Shown: piece after piece, positions 8,571 through 17,824 of the stretch | Layout: each line of letters starts with the position of its first letter | Numbering within the stretch: position 1 is the first letter of the stretch | Assembly: GCA_013166835.1 (NCBI GenBank) | Contig: JABLTI010000020.1 | Location: 1-32,177 of the forward strand | Source of the DNA: Promethearchaeati archaeon | GTDB taxonomy: Archaea; Asgardarchaeota; Heimdallarchaeia; JABLTI01 | Reading direction: 5' to 3' | Length of the DNA stretch: 32,177 nucleotides | Notes under the pieces: generated by a model | The model's database searches: none | Seen by the model: only the letters and a program-made list of their open reading frames with translations | What the model was told of the DNA's origin: nothing | Position numbers and translations under genes: made by a program

Positions 8571-10748
8571 TTATTTTTCCTTTAATTCCTTTATTTTTTC
8601 ACTCACCTTTTTCTTGTAATCCGCTTTTATTTTCTTGATTTTCTCGGCTTGTTTCTGTTTATCTTTATATTTTTTAGGTTGACAGTATTTATCAAACCAA
8701 TCTACTATTCGTTGCAATCGATCTAATCGTCTATTTGGTTGACCTGATCTTGAGAGCTCGTGTCCTTCTCCGGGATATCGAACAAGTTCTAAATCAAGGG
8801 TTGGGTTTAATCGTTTAACTGCTGTATAAAGCATTTCAGCATCTGGGATTGGTGCTCTGTAATCGGTTTCACTGTGAATAATACAGAGAGGTGTTTTGAT
8901 ATTCTTTGCATAAGCTGCTGGTGATCGTTCCCAGAGGAATGCGGAATCTTCAAGTGGTGTTACGCCAAATTCATCATCTATGAGAATTCTAGCTCCGTCA
9001 GTTGTTGCCCAAAAACTCGAAATAAAGTATACTCCTCTTTGAGATACTGCTGCAGCAAATCGGTCGTCATGACCAACAATCCAAGCTGTTAAGAATCCGC
9101 CATAAGATCCGCCGGTAAGTCCCATTCGCTTTTCATCAATGTAACCTCTTTTCACAACCTGGTCAACACCAAGTAATATATCTTGAGAGTCATCATCACC
9201 CCAGGCTTTCTCTGCTCCTTTGTAAAATGCTTGACCGTAACCATTGCTACCTCGAGGATTACAATAAAAAACAACATAACCTTCAGCAGCAAGAAGCTGG
9301 AATTCATGAAACATGGGAATGCTCTGGTGATTACTCCACATCACGTGTGGACCACCATGCATGTTCAATGCTAAAGGATATTTCTTTTCAGAATCGAAGT
9401 CAGGTGGGGTTAATACCCATCCTTGAATTTTGAAATCATTGTTATGTCCATCATACCAGATTTCTAGGGTTTCCCCGAGTTTCTTTCCATCAAGGAGGTC
9501 TTTGTTTGGTGCATGTAAAAGTTCCTCTTTCTTAGAGGTTATATTATATTTGAAGAGCTTTGATGGATCATTCACATAAAATGCTGGGTATGCTAACCAT
9601 TCGTTGTCTTCTGAAATATCAAATCCATAAATCAATTTGTCTCCTACATCAACGATTTTTTCTAGTTCTCCAGAAGCAATTTCACATCGCCAGATTATGG
9701 CTATACCATTCTCAAAAACAAGGAAGTAAAGATACTTACTATCTTTTGTCCACTTTGGAGATAAAACGTTGTTGTCAATATCTTCTGTTATTATTCTACT
9801 CTCTTTTGTTTCAAGATTGTAAATGCAAAAATTGGATTGACCTAACGAACCCATATCTTCATTACCAATTTCTGCAGCTAGGTATTTTCCATCAGGAGAT
9901 AATTTAAAGCTTGCACCCCAAGCATAATGATCTTGAATTAAAGGCATGACTTCCTCATCTGGAGTAATTTTTACGAAATCCCAAATTCTTGATTCGTCAC
10001 CTGTGCCTGGTTTCTGTCTCGCACTGATTACAAATGAATCATCTGGACCAAACTCAACAGTAGTGTAATCATCAGTGGTACTATTTGTCCAACGCTCCAC
10101 TTTTTTGGTTTCTATATCAATAATGTGGATTTGTCCTTTACGATCATCAAAATATGAAGTACCTGATCTGTAAACCTCTCGAGTTATTATTCTGGGTTCT
10201 TTTTTCTTCTCTTCTGCTTTCTTCTTACCCATTTGAAGTAATGCTGTATCATCTGGTTCTATGAGTTTCAATTCTTCAGGGGTAGGTTCTACTAGCTCCT
10301 CTTTGTTTAGTCTTGAGATAAAAACAATCTTCTTTCCATCCTTACTCCAATCGAAAGAGGGCATAATACCATTAGACATTTTTGTAAGTTGGATTGCTTC
10401 ACCACCATCAAAAGGCATGAGATAAATCTGTGGTTTCGGTGGTTCAGTTGGTTTTCCGGGGGTTGGTTTCTTCAATACAGTTCGTACGGAAACAAAAGCC
10501 AAAGTTTTACCGTCTGGAGACCATTTCATACTAAAATCGCTTGGTAATCCCTGAGTAAATTGCTGAGGTTGTTCTCTATGACGCCAGATAGAATTCCTAT
10601 AGCCATTATCATCCCTAATTGCCTGATTAATGACATAATAAACTTCATCAGATTTAGGTCTAATCTTTGTATCAACAATTTGTTTTAGCTGAAATAAATC
10701 ATCTAAACAAATTTTTTGCTTTTCTTTAGAATTTTCTTTTTTAGACAT
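8571..10748 (-). CDS. S9 family peptidase (acylaminoacyl/dipeptidyl peptidase-like)
   Basis: N-terminal PD40-type propeller repeats (WSPDGK), HGGP, NPRGSNGYG, nucleophile GGSYGG, Asp in ETDYR and His in GEGHE. Confidence 0.95.
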   Translation of the reverse strand: MSKKENSKEKQKICLDDLFQLKQIVDTKIRPKSDEVYYVINQAIRDDNGYRNSIWRHREQPQQFTQGLPSDFSMKWSPDGKTLAFVSVRTVLKKPTPGKPTEPPKPQIYLMPFDGGEAIQLTKMSNGIMPSFDWSKDGKKIVFISRLNKEELVEPTPEELKLIEPDDTALLQMGKKKAEEKKKEPRIITREVYRSGTSYFDDRKGQIHIIDIETKKVERWTNSTTDDYTTVEFGPDDSFVISARQKPGTGDESRIWDFVKITPDEEVMPLIQDHYAWGASFKLSPDGKYLAAEIGNEDMGSLGQSNFCIYNLETKESRIITEDIDNNVLSPKWTKDSKYLYFLVFENGIAIIWRCEIASGELEKIVDVGDKLIYGFDISEDNEWLAYPAFYVNDPSKLFKYNITSKKEELLHAPNKDLLDGKKLGETLEIWYDGHNNDFKIQGWVLTPPDFDSEKKYPLALNMHGGPHVMWSNHQSIPMFHEFQLLAAEGYVVFYCNPRGSNGYGQAFYKGAEKAWGDDDSQDILLGVDQVVKRGYIDEKRMGLTGGSYGGFLTAWIVGHDDRFAAAVSQRGVYFISSFWATTDGARILIDDEFGVTPLEDSAFLWERSPAAYAKNIKTPLCIIHSETDYRAPIPDAEMLYTAVKRLNPTLDLELVRYPGEGHELSRSGQPNRRLDRLQRIVDWFDKYCQPKKYKDKQKQAEKIKKIKADYKKKVSEKIKELKEK

Positions 10749-10845
10749 AATTAGTAATTCAAACTTCTGAATTAATAAATCTAGTTTTGTCTCTTTTTGA
10801 TGATAGCAAAAAAGTGAATATTAAATTAAAAAAAATAAAGAAAAT

Positions 10846-11322
10846 TCACGTCTTCTTGGATGATGCTTTAACCATTGCGTCTACGCTAGCATATCCGAAT
10901 TTTGGAGCTAATTTATCAAGAGCATTTGTTGCAGCCTCTCTAACCAACAGGCTTTTGTCATCAGCTTTTGCTTTGTTTAATTCGAGTACTGCATAAATGA
11001 CATTATCACCCATTCCTTCTAATACTATTGCAGCACGTTGACGGACCTTTTCACTTGGATCTTCTCTTAAAGCTTTAACTAATGCTGGAACTGCTTCTTT
11101 TGCTTGATTACCTATCCATTGAAGAGAAATCGCTGCTTCAACACGAACATTTTCACTTTTATCTTCTAATAAGGCTTTAATTAATTCAGGAACAGCTTCA
11201 TCTGCTGCTTGTGTTCCAATCCAACCTAAATCCCTTGCTGCTTCTATTCGAGTGCTTTCGCCCCAGCCCTCTCTTAATTGCCAGATCATTTTATCTAGCT
11301 TTTTCTTATCTGGTCCGCTCAT
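10846..11322 (-). CDS. HEAT repeat (PBS-lyase-like) protein
   Basis: Repeats such as VRVEAAISLQWIG..AVPALVKALRED..VRQRAAIVL..VREAATNAL. Likely start ATG 11322 (ORF track begins at 11364). Confidence 0.88.
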   Translation of the reverse strand: MSGPDKKKLDKMIWQLREGWGESTRIEAARDLGWIGTQAADEAVPELIKALLEDKSENVRVEAAISLQWIGNQAKEAVPALVKALREDPSEKVRQRAAIVLEGMGDNVIYAVLELNKAKADDKSLLVREAATNALDKLAPKFGYASVDAMVKASSKKT

Positions 11323-11440
11323 AGTGGTAAATCCTATTCTTTTATTAAGGAAACATTTTAACAATTAATGAACAATAAAATATTATTAGCATTAGTAGTA
11401 AATAAATTACACTGTTCGGTATAAAGAAACTGCATATGCT

Positions 11441-11487
11441 ATTATATAAATTGCATGGTTGTAACTAGATTTTTCCTTAAAATCTAG
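11441..11487 (+). promoter_or_regulatory. TATA-like box followed by perfect 9-bp inverted repeat
   Basis: TTATATAAA at 11442-11450 and CTAGATTTT-N5-AAAATCTAG at 11465-11487, in a divergent intergenic region. Confidence 0.5.
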
Positions 11488-11535
11488 CGGAAATATTGAA
11501 TTATTGTAAAAATAGAAGTTCGGATTGAGATAGAT

Positions 11536-13161
11536 ATGACTTTACGACACAAAAAACATCCTACAATTTCTATTTTTCTTTTAATTCTATTACTGTCTAA
11601 TTTTGTTTTTATTTCACAACCCGACTTTCCTCTCTTAAAAGCTCAAACACGCAACGAACAAATAGAACTTACTGCCGATTTTGCACCAGTAAAGTCATCA
11701 GATTATTTGTTAGGTGTCACTTATACTTGGCTTGAGGATTTCAAAGTTATCGGATCAGCAGTTATCAGTGATTCCATTGGGAACAGTTACATCACTGGTA
11801 CTATTAATACAGATCTTTTAACAACTACAGATATTTTTATTGGGAAAACAAATTCCTCAGGAGGAATTTTGTGGTTGAAGAAATGGGATTTCCAGGAAAA
11901 AGATATCGCTAATGACATAGTTATTGATGAAAACAGAAATCAGCTCTTTGTTATAGGTGAAACCCTAGTTAATACTACTTTTGGATATTCCGATATGCTA
12001 GTAGTTTGTTTTGATTCCATTACTGGTGAAGAGATTTGGAATGCAACCTATGGTGAACTTGCACTCTCTGAGGAGGGGAATTCAGCTATTTATTACTCAA
12101 GTAAAATATACATTACTGGAACTCAAACAACATATTTCCATTTATACTCCTCACCAAATATTTTTTCAGTATGCATTGATAGCCTAAACAGCTCTCTCCT
12201 TTGGATGCAAAACTATACTAACTCCTCATACGACATTTCACCATCAATCATTTTTAATGAAAACCTAGGAGAGCTCTTTTTAGTCTTTAATCGTTACCTA
12301 AAAATATCAAATTATCAACAGTATCGTTTTCATTTAAGCAAACTATTGTTGAATGGGAGTTTGATTTGGGAATTTGTTTATGGAATAGATGATAGTATCA
12401 AGATCAATGATATTGCTTTTTCGAAATCAACAAATATGATAAAATTAACTGGTTATTGCAATGAAGATGAAAATCCTGAATACAAAGATGCAATTTTACT
12501 CTCACTTGATACTTCTGGGAACTTGTTGCAGGAAATAAAATTTGGCAGTGAGAGCTTTAATGAGTTTGCTTTAACAATATCTACTGTAAATAGTTCTTTA
12601 TTCATTGGGGGATATGGAGATAGTGAAGTGAAACGCAATCAGGCATGTTTCTTATCAAAAATTAGTTTGGTCGGGGATGTTTTTTGGTTTGAAAAAATAA
12701 ATAAATTCGTTATAAGCTCAATTAATGGTTTGTCGATCGATTCACAAGACAGACTCATTATAGTTGGTTCATGTAAGTATGATTATGATTACCTTTTTGA
12801 AAGATTACTTTTAGCAATCACTAAGGATTCTGACAGCGATGGTTTAAGTGATTATTTTGAAAGCAGTATTGGAACTGATCCGGAGAACCCTGATTCCGAT
12901 GGAGACGGTTACACAGATGGGGAAGAATATCTTAGCTATACAGATCCATTGAAATCCAGCAGTAATCCAAAAAATAGACAAAGAATGAGGAATTTTGCCA
13001 TTTCATTATTCACATTGTTATTAGTATTTTTTTCAATAATTCAATTCAGCATTAATACGTTTTCACAAAAAAAGCAACCAAGTGATACAACACCAATTGC
13101 TAAGTTATTTGAGAAAATTAAGACGAAACTAAAGAAAAAAAAAGTTCGAATCAATAGATAG
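11536..13161 (+). CDS. Membrane-anchored surface protein: beta-propeller (SBBP-like) plus Ca-binding TSP3-like repeats
   Basis: Signal-like N-terminus, repeats such as DSIGNSYITG / GEEIWNATYG, the segment DSDSDGLSD..GTDPENPDSDGDGYTDGEE..TDP, then a C-terminal TM helix and Lys-rich tail. Confidence 0.8.
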   Translation: MTLRHKKHPTISIFLLILLLSNFVFISQPDFPLLKAQTRNEQIELTADFAPVKSSDYLLGVTYTWLEDFKVIGSAVISDSIGNSYITGTINTDLLTTTDIFIGKTNSSGGILWLKKWDFQEKDIANDIVIDENRNQLFVIGETLVNTTFGYSDMLVVCFDSITGEEIWNATYGELALSEEGNSAIYYSSKIYITGTQTTYFHLYSSPNIFSVCIDSLNSSLLWMQNYTNSSYDISPSIIFNENLGELFLVFNRYLKISNYQQYRFHLSKLLLNGSLIWEFVYGIDDSIKINDIAFSKSTNMIKLTGYCNEDENPEYKDAILLSLDTSGNLLQEIKFGSESFNEFALTISTVNSSLFIGGYGDSEVKRNQACFLSKISLVGDVFWFEKINKFVISSINGLSIDSQDRLIIVGSCKYDYDYLFERLLLAITKDSDSDGLSDYFESSIGTDPENPDSDGDGYTDGEEYLSYTDPLKSSSNPKNRQRMRNFAISLFTLLLVFFSIIQFSINTFSQKKQPSDTTPIAKLFEKIKTKLKKKKVRINR

Positions 13162-13256
13162 AATGAATTCATTTCTTTTCTAAAGATTTAAGAATCTACG
13201 CCAATCAAATGAAAATCGTTCATCATAAACAGATTAAATTATCTTGAGGTTAATTC

Positions 13257-14090
13257 ATGCCAACTTGTCATAGCTGCGGTTCAATTGTTGAAGAAGGAAA
13301 AAAATCATGTCCATTTTGTGGAACAAAAATTAGATCCGATGTTTCCATAGTTCAACCATCTGAAATCGATGATGAAACAATTGAAATTATCATTAAACAG
13401 AAAGCAGTTCCAATAATCGGTGAAGAGCAAGATAGTGATACTATAGTTCTTCATACTCCTGATATTGAGGAAATGGAATCTTTTGATGATGATGAAGAGC
13501 AGATTATAACTCAAACATTGGATATTGTTCCAGAAAGAAACTACATTTATTGGTTTTTGTTAGGAATTATTAGTGCAGGCATAATTTTTCTCATTTATTT
13601 ATTCTTGAATATTCAAGATCTCGAGAAGCATTCACAATATCCAAAAGATCCTCGAGCAGATTCTATCAAAGTTAATTCTTCTCAAACACTGCTGTTCTTT
13701 CTTATAGCTGTGTGTTTTGGCTTCATACCTATTTTGTGGTGGATTTACTATAAAAAGTATTCAAGTCTATATTATCACCTTAGAAATCAGAGAAATAATT
13801 TTGCACCTTTCAAAATTCCTCATCCAATTTACTATATGCTTCCCTTGATTTGTTCACAATTACTAGCTATAGTTCCATCAATTATTGGATTTGCTATACA
13901 AGTGAATATACGAATTGAAATGCCAACTCTCTTTTGGGGATTATTTGGTGGAATATTAGTTCTCTCATTAATACCCATTGTTTTGGATTATCTCTGGCAG
14001 AGAGCATTCAATGCTCATATAAAAACAACCATGGCAAAATTACAAATCATGGGCAAGATTCGAGCCAAAGACACAGAAAACAAGATGTAG
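13257..14090 (+). CDS. Zinc-ribbon membrane protein (DUF4234-like TM region)
   Basis: CHSCG..CPFCG, acidic linker and about four TM segments. GAGGT RBS. Confidence 0.75.
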   Translation: MPTCHSCGSIVEEGKKSCPFCGTKIRSDVSIVQPSEIDDETIEIIIKQKAVPIIGEEQDSDTIVLHTPDIEEMESFDDDEEQIITQTLDIVPERNYIYWFLLGIISAGIIFLIYLFLNIQDLEKHSQYPKDPRADSIKVNSSQTLLFFLIAVCFGFIPILWWIYYKKYSSLYYHLRNQRNNFAPFKIPHPIYYMLPLICSQLLAIVPSIIGFAIQVNIRIEMPTLFWGLFGGILVLSLIPIVLDYLWQRAFNAHIKTTMAKLQIMGKIRAKDTENKM

Positions 14091-14129
14091 TTTTAACGTG
14101 TTTTTATAGTGAAATCTCAATAATATACT

Positions 14130-14399
14130 ATGCAGTTCATAGACTCACGCAATTGTTGCTGGAATTGCGAGTATTTACGAATAGATAATTTTTGCTTAGC
14201 AAAGGGAAAATACATCCTTTCAAAGAACACTAGCAAAACCAGAGATTGTTCACTTTTTAGTTGTAAAAATCTTAAATCAAGCGAGGATATTAAGGAAATT
14301 AAAACTGCAGGTGTTAAAGAAATCAAAGAAATCCTTCTTGAAGTTCAAAATGGGTCAGCTACTAATTCTATGAGACAAGAATCAGCTGAAAAGAAGTGA
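14130..14399 (+). CDS. Small Cys-rich protein (possible metal/Fe-S binding)
   Basis: CCWNC-x8-C-x17-C-x4-C. TTTATA about 25 bp upstream fits a leaderless mRNA. 3' end overlaps the convergent gene by 32 bp. Confidence 0.5.
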   Translation: MQFIDSRNCCWNCEYLRIDNFCLAKGKYILSKNTSKTRDCSLFSCKNLKSSEDIKEIKTAGVKEIKEILLEVQNGSATNSMRQESAEKK

Positions 14400-14979
14400 G
14401 ATAAACAAAAATGCCTGAAAAAGCAAAGACATTTTCCGAGCTGTCAAATTCCCACAATTCAAATACTATTTTGTAGCCATTTGCATCGTACCCTAAATGA
14501 GTGAGAATAGTTGAATTGAAATTAAATGTCATTTCAGTTTGAGTAGTCGGGCCCCACTGTTCGTCTCTATTCAGAACTTTGCTTTTCCAATATTCTTCAT
14601 AGAAATAAGTAGAGGTATTTGATCCAAAAGTATCCTCATCAATGATTAGAGAATACAATCCAATTTTTAGCCGAACTTCAAAGAATTTAGCTATTTGATA
14701 TTGATTTTTTACCATAAAGAATAATGATATGTTTTCTGATAATCCTTCAGTTTGATTATAGATAACACTTGTTGGATAATTATCGGCTATATAGAGCTCA
14801 TCGGTTTCGTTATATGTTAGGATACTTAGTTCTGCATATCCACTTCCACCCAATGGAGGTGTGAAAATCATTATTGTGGTGACAATGATACCAATTAAAG
14901 TTAAGACCATTACAATCTGAGCAAAAAGCCTGAAATTGACTTCTCTTTTTGCCTTTGGTTGTTCCTCATTTGAATTCAT
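14368..14979 (-). CDS. DUF1616 C-terminal-like extracellular domain protein
   Basis: Single N-terminal TM followed by YAELSIL..ADNYP..VKN..YKIVFELW, which resembles the DUF1616 ectodomain. GTGGTGA RBS. Confidence 0.7.
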   Translation of the reverse strand: MNSNEEQPKAKREVNFRLFAQIVMVLTLIGIIVTTIMIFTPPLGGSGYAELSILTYNETDELYIADNYPTSVIYNQTEGLSENISLFFMVKNQYQIAKFFEVRLKIGLYSLIIDEDTFGSNTSTYFYEEYWKSKVLNRDEQWGPTTQTEMTFNFNSTILTHLGYDANGYKIVFELWEFDSSENVFAFSGIFVYLTSFQLILVS

Positions 14980-14993
14980 TTTTTTTCACCACA

Positions 14994-15398
14994 CTATTCA
15001 TCCTCTATGTATACGATCTCTAAGTCCTTGAATTCATCATCACGTCTATTTTTGTACCAATCTCTAATATTCCTACCAAAGAAGACAATTATTGCTGCAA
15101 CGAGAATTATATTGAATGGAATTAGAATGTAAGGGAACAATCTTCCGGTCTTTAAATCAGTAATTAGTTCAGTTGTTTCCTCTATAACTTCTTGTGCTTT
15201 TTCATATGCATCATCATAAAGACCATTGTTATAATCTTGAATTGCAGTATTAATTTTTGTAATTTGTTGAGTTATAATAATGCCTTCTCTACTTGCTTCT
15301 TCTATTTTAGTAAAAGCAGTTGTTATTGCATCATATGCTTCTGTTTTTGTTGCTCCTGATATGAAATTTGATTTATTAAATACAGGTATGAAAAACAC
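14994..15398 (-). CDS. Small helical membrane protein (start uncertain)
   Basis: Helical ectodomain, C-terminal TM and basic residues. The reading frame stays open upstream of the GTG to 15467 and encodes a signal-like segment. Confidence 0.7.
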   Translation of the reverse strand: MFFIPVFNKSNFISGATKTEAYDAITTAFTKIEEASREGIIITQQITKINTAIQDYNNGLYDDAYEKAQEVIEETTELITDLKTGRLFPYILIPFNIILVAAIIVFFGRNIRDWYKNRRDDEFKDLEIVYIEDE

Positions 15399-15480
15399 AA
15401 CTGATAAGAAAAGGCAGATTATGACAATTTTTCTTGAAAAAAGGGTTTTTTTGTTAAAGATTTTTTTTTAAACAAACCAA

Positions 15481-16191
15481 TCATTCATCCTTTATTTCAG
15501 TTGTTGATTTCTTTTTCTTTCGTTGAAATATAAATCCATCTCGAGCGAGTTTTATTCTCAATACGAAAGTAATTATCATACAAACTAGTGTTATAATAAT
15601 CAAGCTTAATCCTATTGATAGTGGTGTAAAGTGAAACGTATAATTTAGGAATAGTCCATCAAGAATCAATACAAGTAAGCTCAAACCAATTGCAGTAGCA
15701 CCTCTTTCTAAGAATCTAAAATTATCATTAATTTCTGGAAAAATCGCAGAGGTTAAAGACCAGCCTGTTAAGATTAGCATAAAGAAGCTAACTATAGCAT
15801 ATCTCACATAAAAGAAGAAACCACTCTCAACATCTATTAGAACAAATATCAGAACTAAAGCCATGACACCAATACTTATCCAAAACTCTTTGGTGTAATA
15901 GTTATTCTTGATAAAATACTCTTTAGGTTTCTTGGGTAGTTCAGTAGGTATTGGAATTGGTTCTTGCAAGGTAATTTCTTGATTGATTTCCCTTTCTCTT
16001 ATCACGGATATTATTTCTTCTTCTGGTATTTCGTATTTCTCTTCAACGATTTTGATTAAAGATCTAATATCCTTTGGTTTGACTTCACCAAGAACAGAAT
16101 CTATATTATTATTAATTTCCTCTTTTCGCTTTGCTGCTTCGATCTTCTCTTTTCGATCGTTTTTACTCTTCTTTTCCTTCGACAAAGACAA
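15481..16191 (-). CDS. DUF1616 N-terminal-like multi-pass membrane protein
   Basis: Charged N-terminal domain, then about four TMs with GWSLTSAIFP..LER..AIGLS..GLFLNYT, typical of the DUF1616 membrane part. Confidence 0.75.
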   Translation of the reverse strand: MSLSKEKKSKNDRKEKIEAAKRKEEINNNIDSVLGEVKPKDIRSLIKIVEEKYEIPEEEIISVIREREINQEITLQEPIPIPTELPKKPKEYFIKNNYYTKEFWISIGVMALVLIFVLIDVESGFFFYVRYAIVSFFMLILTGWSLTSAIFPEINDNFRFLERGATAIGLSLLVLILDGLFLNYTFHFTPLSIGLSLIIITLVCMIITFVLRIKLARDGFIFQRKKKKSTTEIKDE

Positions 16192-16220
16192 TTTCTCCTA
16201 GGGAAAAAAGGAAGGAATTC

Positions 16221-17690
16221 TCATTCACTTCCAATTGATGTCACAGCTGCTTTTGAGTTTACTAATTCACCAGGTTTGTCTCTTAATCCCACAACCCAAC
16301 CAAGTGTTATTATTAGTTGATGCATCCATATCCACATCATCGAGAACGCTCTTACTTTCAGAGCACGATAAATTAGCATTAAACCTACAAATAAAAGTAT
16401 CCAGAATAAAAATGGCAACCAAGTTGTTACCATATCTGCTAGGTTTTCGTACAGCAGAGGTTTTGTATCTTTTATACCACCAGTTGCGACTGACCAAGTA
16501 GCCCATCTTTGGAATCCAAGTCTAAGGAAGTTAAGTGGAAAGATAATTACCGGAGTTAAACCAATTGCAATTCCTTTATTCACTTTCTTACTAGGCGTTA
16601 CGTAAAGCAAAGCAACCATCAGAGCAAACAGCAGAACACCAGAACTAACAACATTCGTAGTAAATGCATTATCAGGATTCAGCAATTGAAACGTTGATTG
16701 CCACCAGAACGTATTGTATGTTTCTGCACCTACTTGGAGTGCACCAAATGAACCAGCTATATTATCAGATGCCGTACCAATAACTCGATTTAAAGCTGGG
16801 ATAAAACCAATTCCTATAATCACTAATGATATTCCAGCGAATGTAGAGAAAGTTCTCTTAAAGAAAGACCATTTATTTGATTCGATTTCCTCTTTAGGAT
16901 AAAAATTCTTGCTTGTAATTTCTTCTACTCGAGTAGGAACACTTCCTTCTGTAGTAGATTCTTCATAAGAAACAACTTTATCTAGATAAAATGCTTTTCC
17001 TTGAATTCTCCAAGTTATACGCTTGAAACCATCTACCATTGCGTCTATCCATGCTCCGAACGTCGAAACTATTCTCACTCCAGTTCGCTCTATTACCAGA
17101 GTAAAAATTACTATTCCTACAAAGCCAAAGACTTTACTCAGCATATCATGAGCCCAGAAAAACGCCTTATCAGCATCTCCCCATAATTTGTATAAATATT
17201 CAGTAAACCAGAAATGAAATGCAACTCGAAAAGTATTACCAATATGCATCATTAATAAATTAGTAACATGTGCAACTGCTTTGTTTTGCCACTTTGCTGG
17301 TGTAATGAAAATCAAAGTCATTAGTAATGCACCTGCTTCCATCCCTGTACATGCTCGAATAATGAGGAGTGTACGTGGGTAGGTACCCATTCTTATTCCT
17401 GGAAAATGGGGATAACCAAAATAAACATTTGAGTTTGTTAATGGATCAGGGTCAATTCTTTGGTAAAATCCTACTGAAAATTCACTGGTATCCAAGCCAA
17501 ATATTGAATCTAATAACCAAACAGAATTATCCCTCACCAATACTTCAAGAAATTCAAACGCTCCTAACCAATCTAATACGAAGTAGAGGAAAAACATCAA
17601 AACTATAAAAGCAGGGAAAGTCTTCAAAAAGAAGTTTAGTCTATCTCGTGAAGTATTCGGGTACCAGGATACATAACTCATGTTCATCAA
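16221..17690 (-). CDS. Tandem-duplicated archaeosortase/exosortase family protein
   Basis: Domain 1 has IIRAC114TG, NTFR155 and AH181DM (Cys-Arg-His triad). Domain 2 is homologous, with S349, R390 and A418 at those positions. Multi-pass membrane protein. Confidence 0.82.
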   Translation of the reverse strand: MMNMSYVSWYPNTSRDRLNFFLKTFPAFIVLMFFLYFVLDWLGAFEFLEVLVRDNSVWLLDSIFGLDTSEFSVGFYQRIDPDPLTNSNVYFGYPHFPGIRMGTYPRTLLIIRACTGMEAGALLMTLIFITPAKWQNKAVAHVTNLLMMHIGNTFRVAFHFWFTEYLYKLWGDADKAFFWAHDMLSKVFGFVGIVIFTLVIERTGVRIVSTFGAWIDAMVDGFKRITWRIQGKAFYLDKVVSYEESTTEGSVPTRVEEITSKNFYPKEEIESNKWSFFKRTFSTFAGISLVIIGIGFIPALNRVIGTASDNIAGSFGALQVGAETYNTFWWQSTFQLLNPDNAFTTNVVSSGVLLFALMVALLYVTPSKKVNKGIAIGLTPVIIFPLNFLRLGFQRWATWSVATGGIKDTKPLLYENLADMVTTWLPFLFWILLFVGLMLIYRALKVRAFSMMWIWMHQLIITLGWVVGLRDKPGELVNSKAAVTSIGSE

Positions 17691-17824
17691 ACCTTATGTT
17701 GTTTTCTTGATAATTATTCAAAAAGATTTGCTTTGCTTTTCTAAGGTTATGTGTTAAATAAATTAATGTTATCTTAATAATAGAAACAAAAATATTTGGA
17801 ATTATTATAAAAAAATAGAGTTGT

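Noticed and set aside
8571-8680. Lys-rich C-terminal tail of the S9 peptidase as a separate functional module
   Set aside because: Basic, low-complexity tails occur on many proteins in this window and fit the AT-rich codon bias.
13162-13173. Palindrome AATGAATTCATT after the propeller gene
   Set aside because: It is a single short AT-rich palindrome with no second copy seen.
14994-15150. Classical PGF/PEF/PEP/PIP-CTERM sorting signal on the small protein near the sortase
   Set aside because: The TM is preceded by GRLFPY rather than a known motif and is followed by a longer tail.
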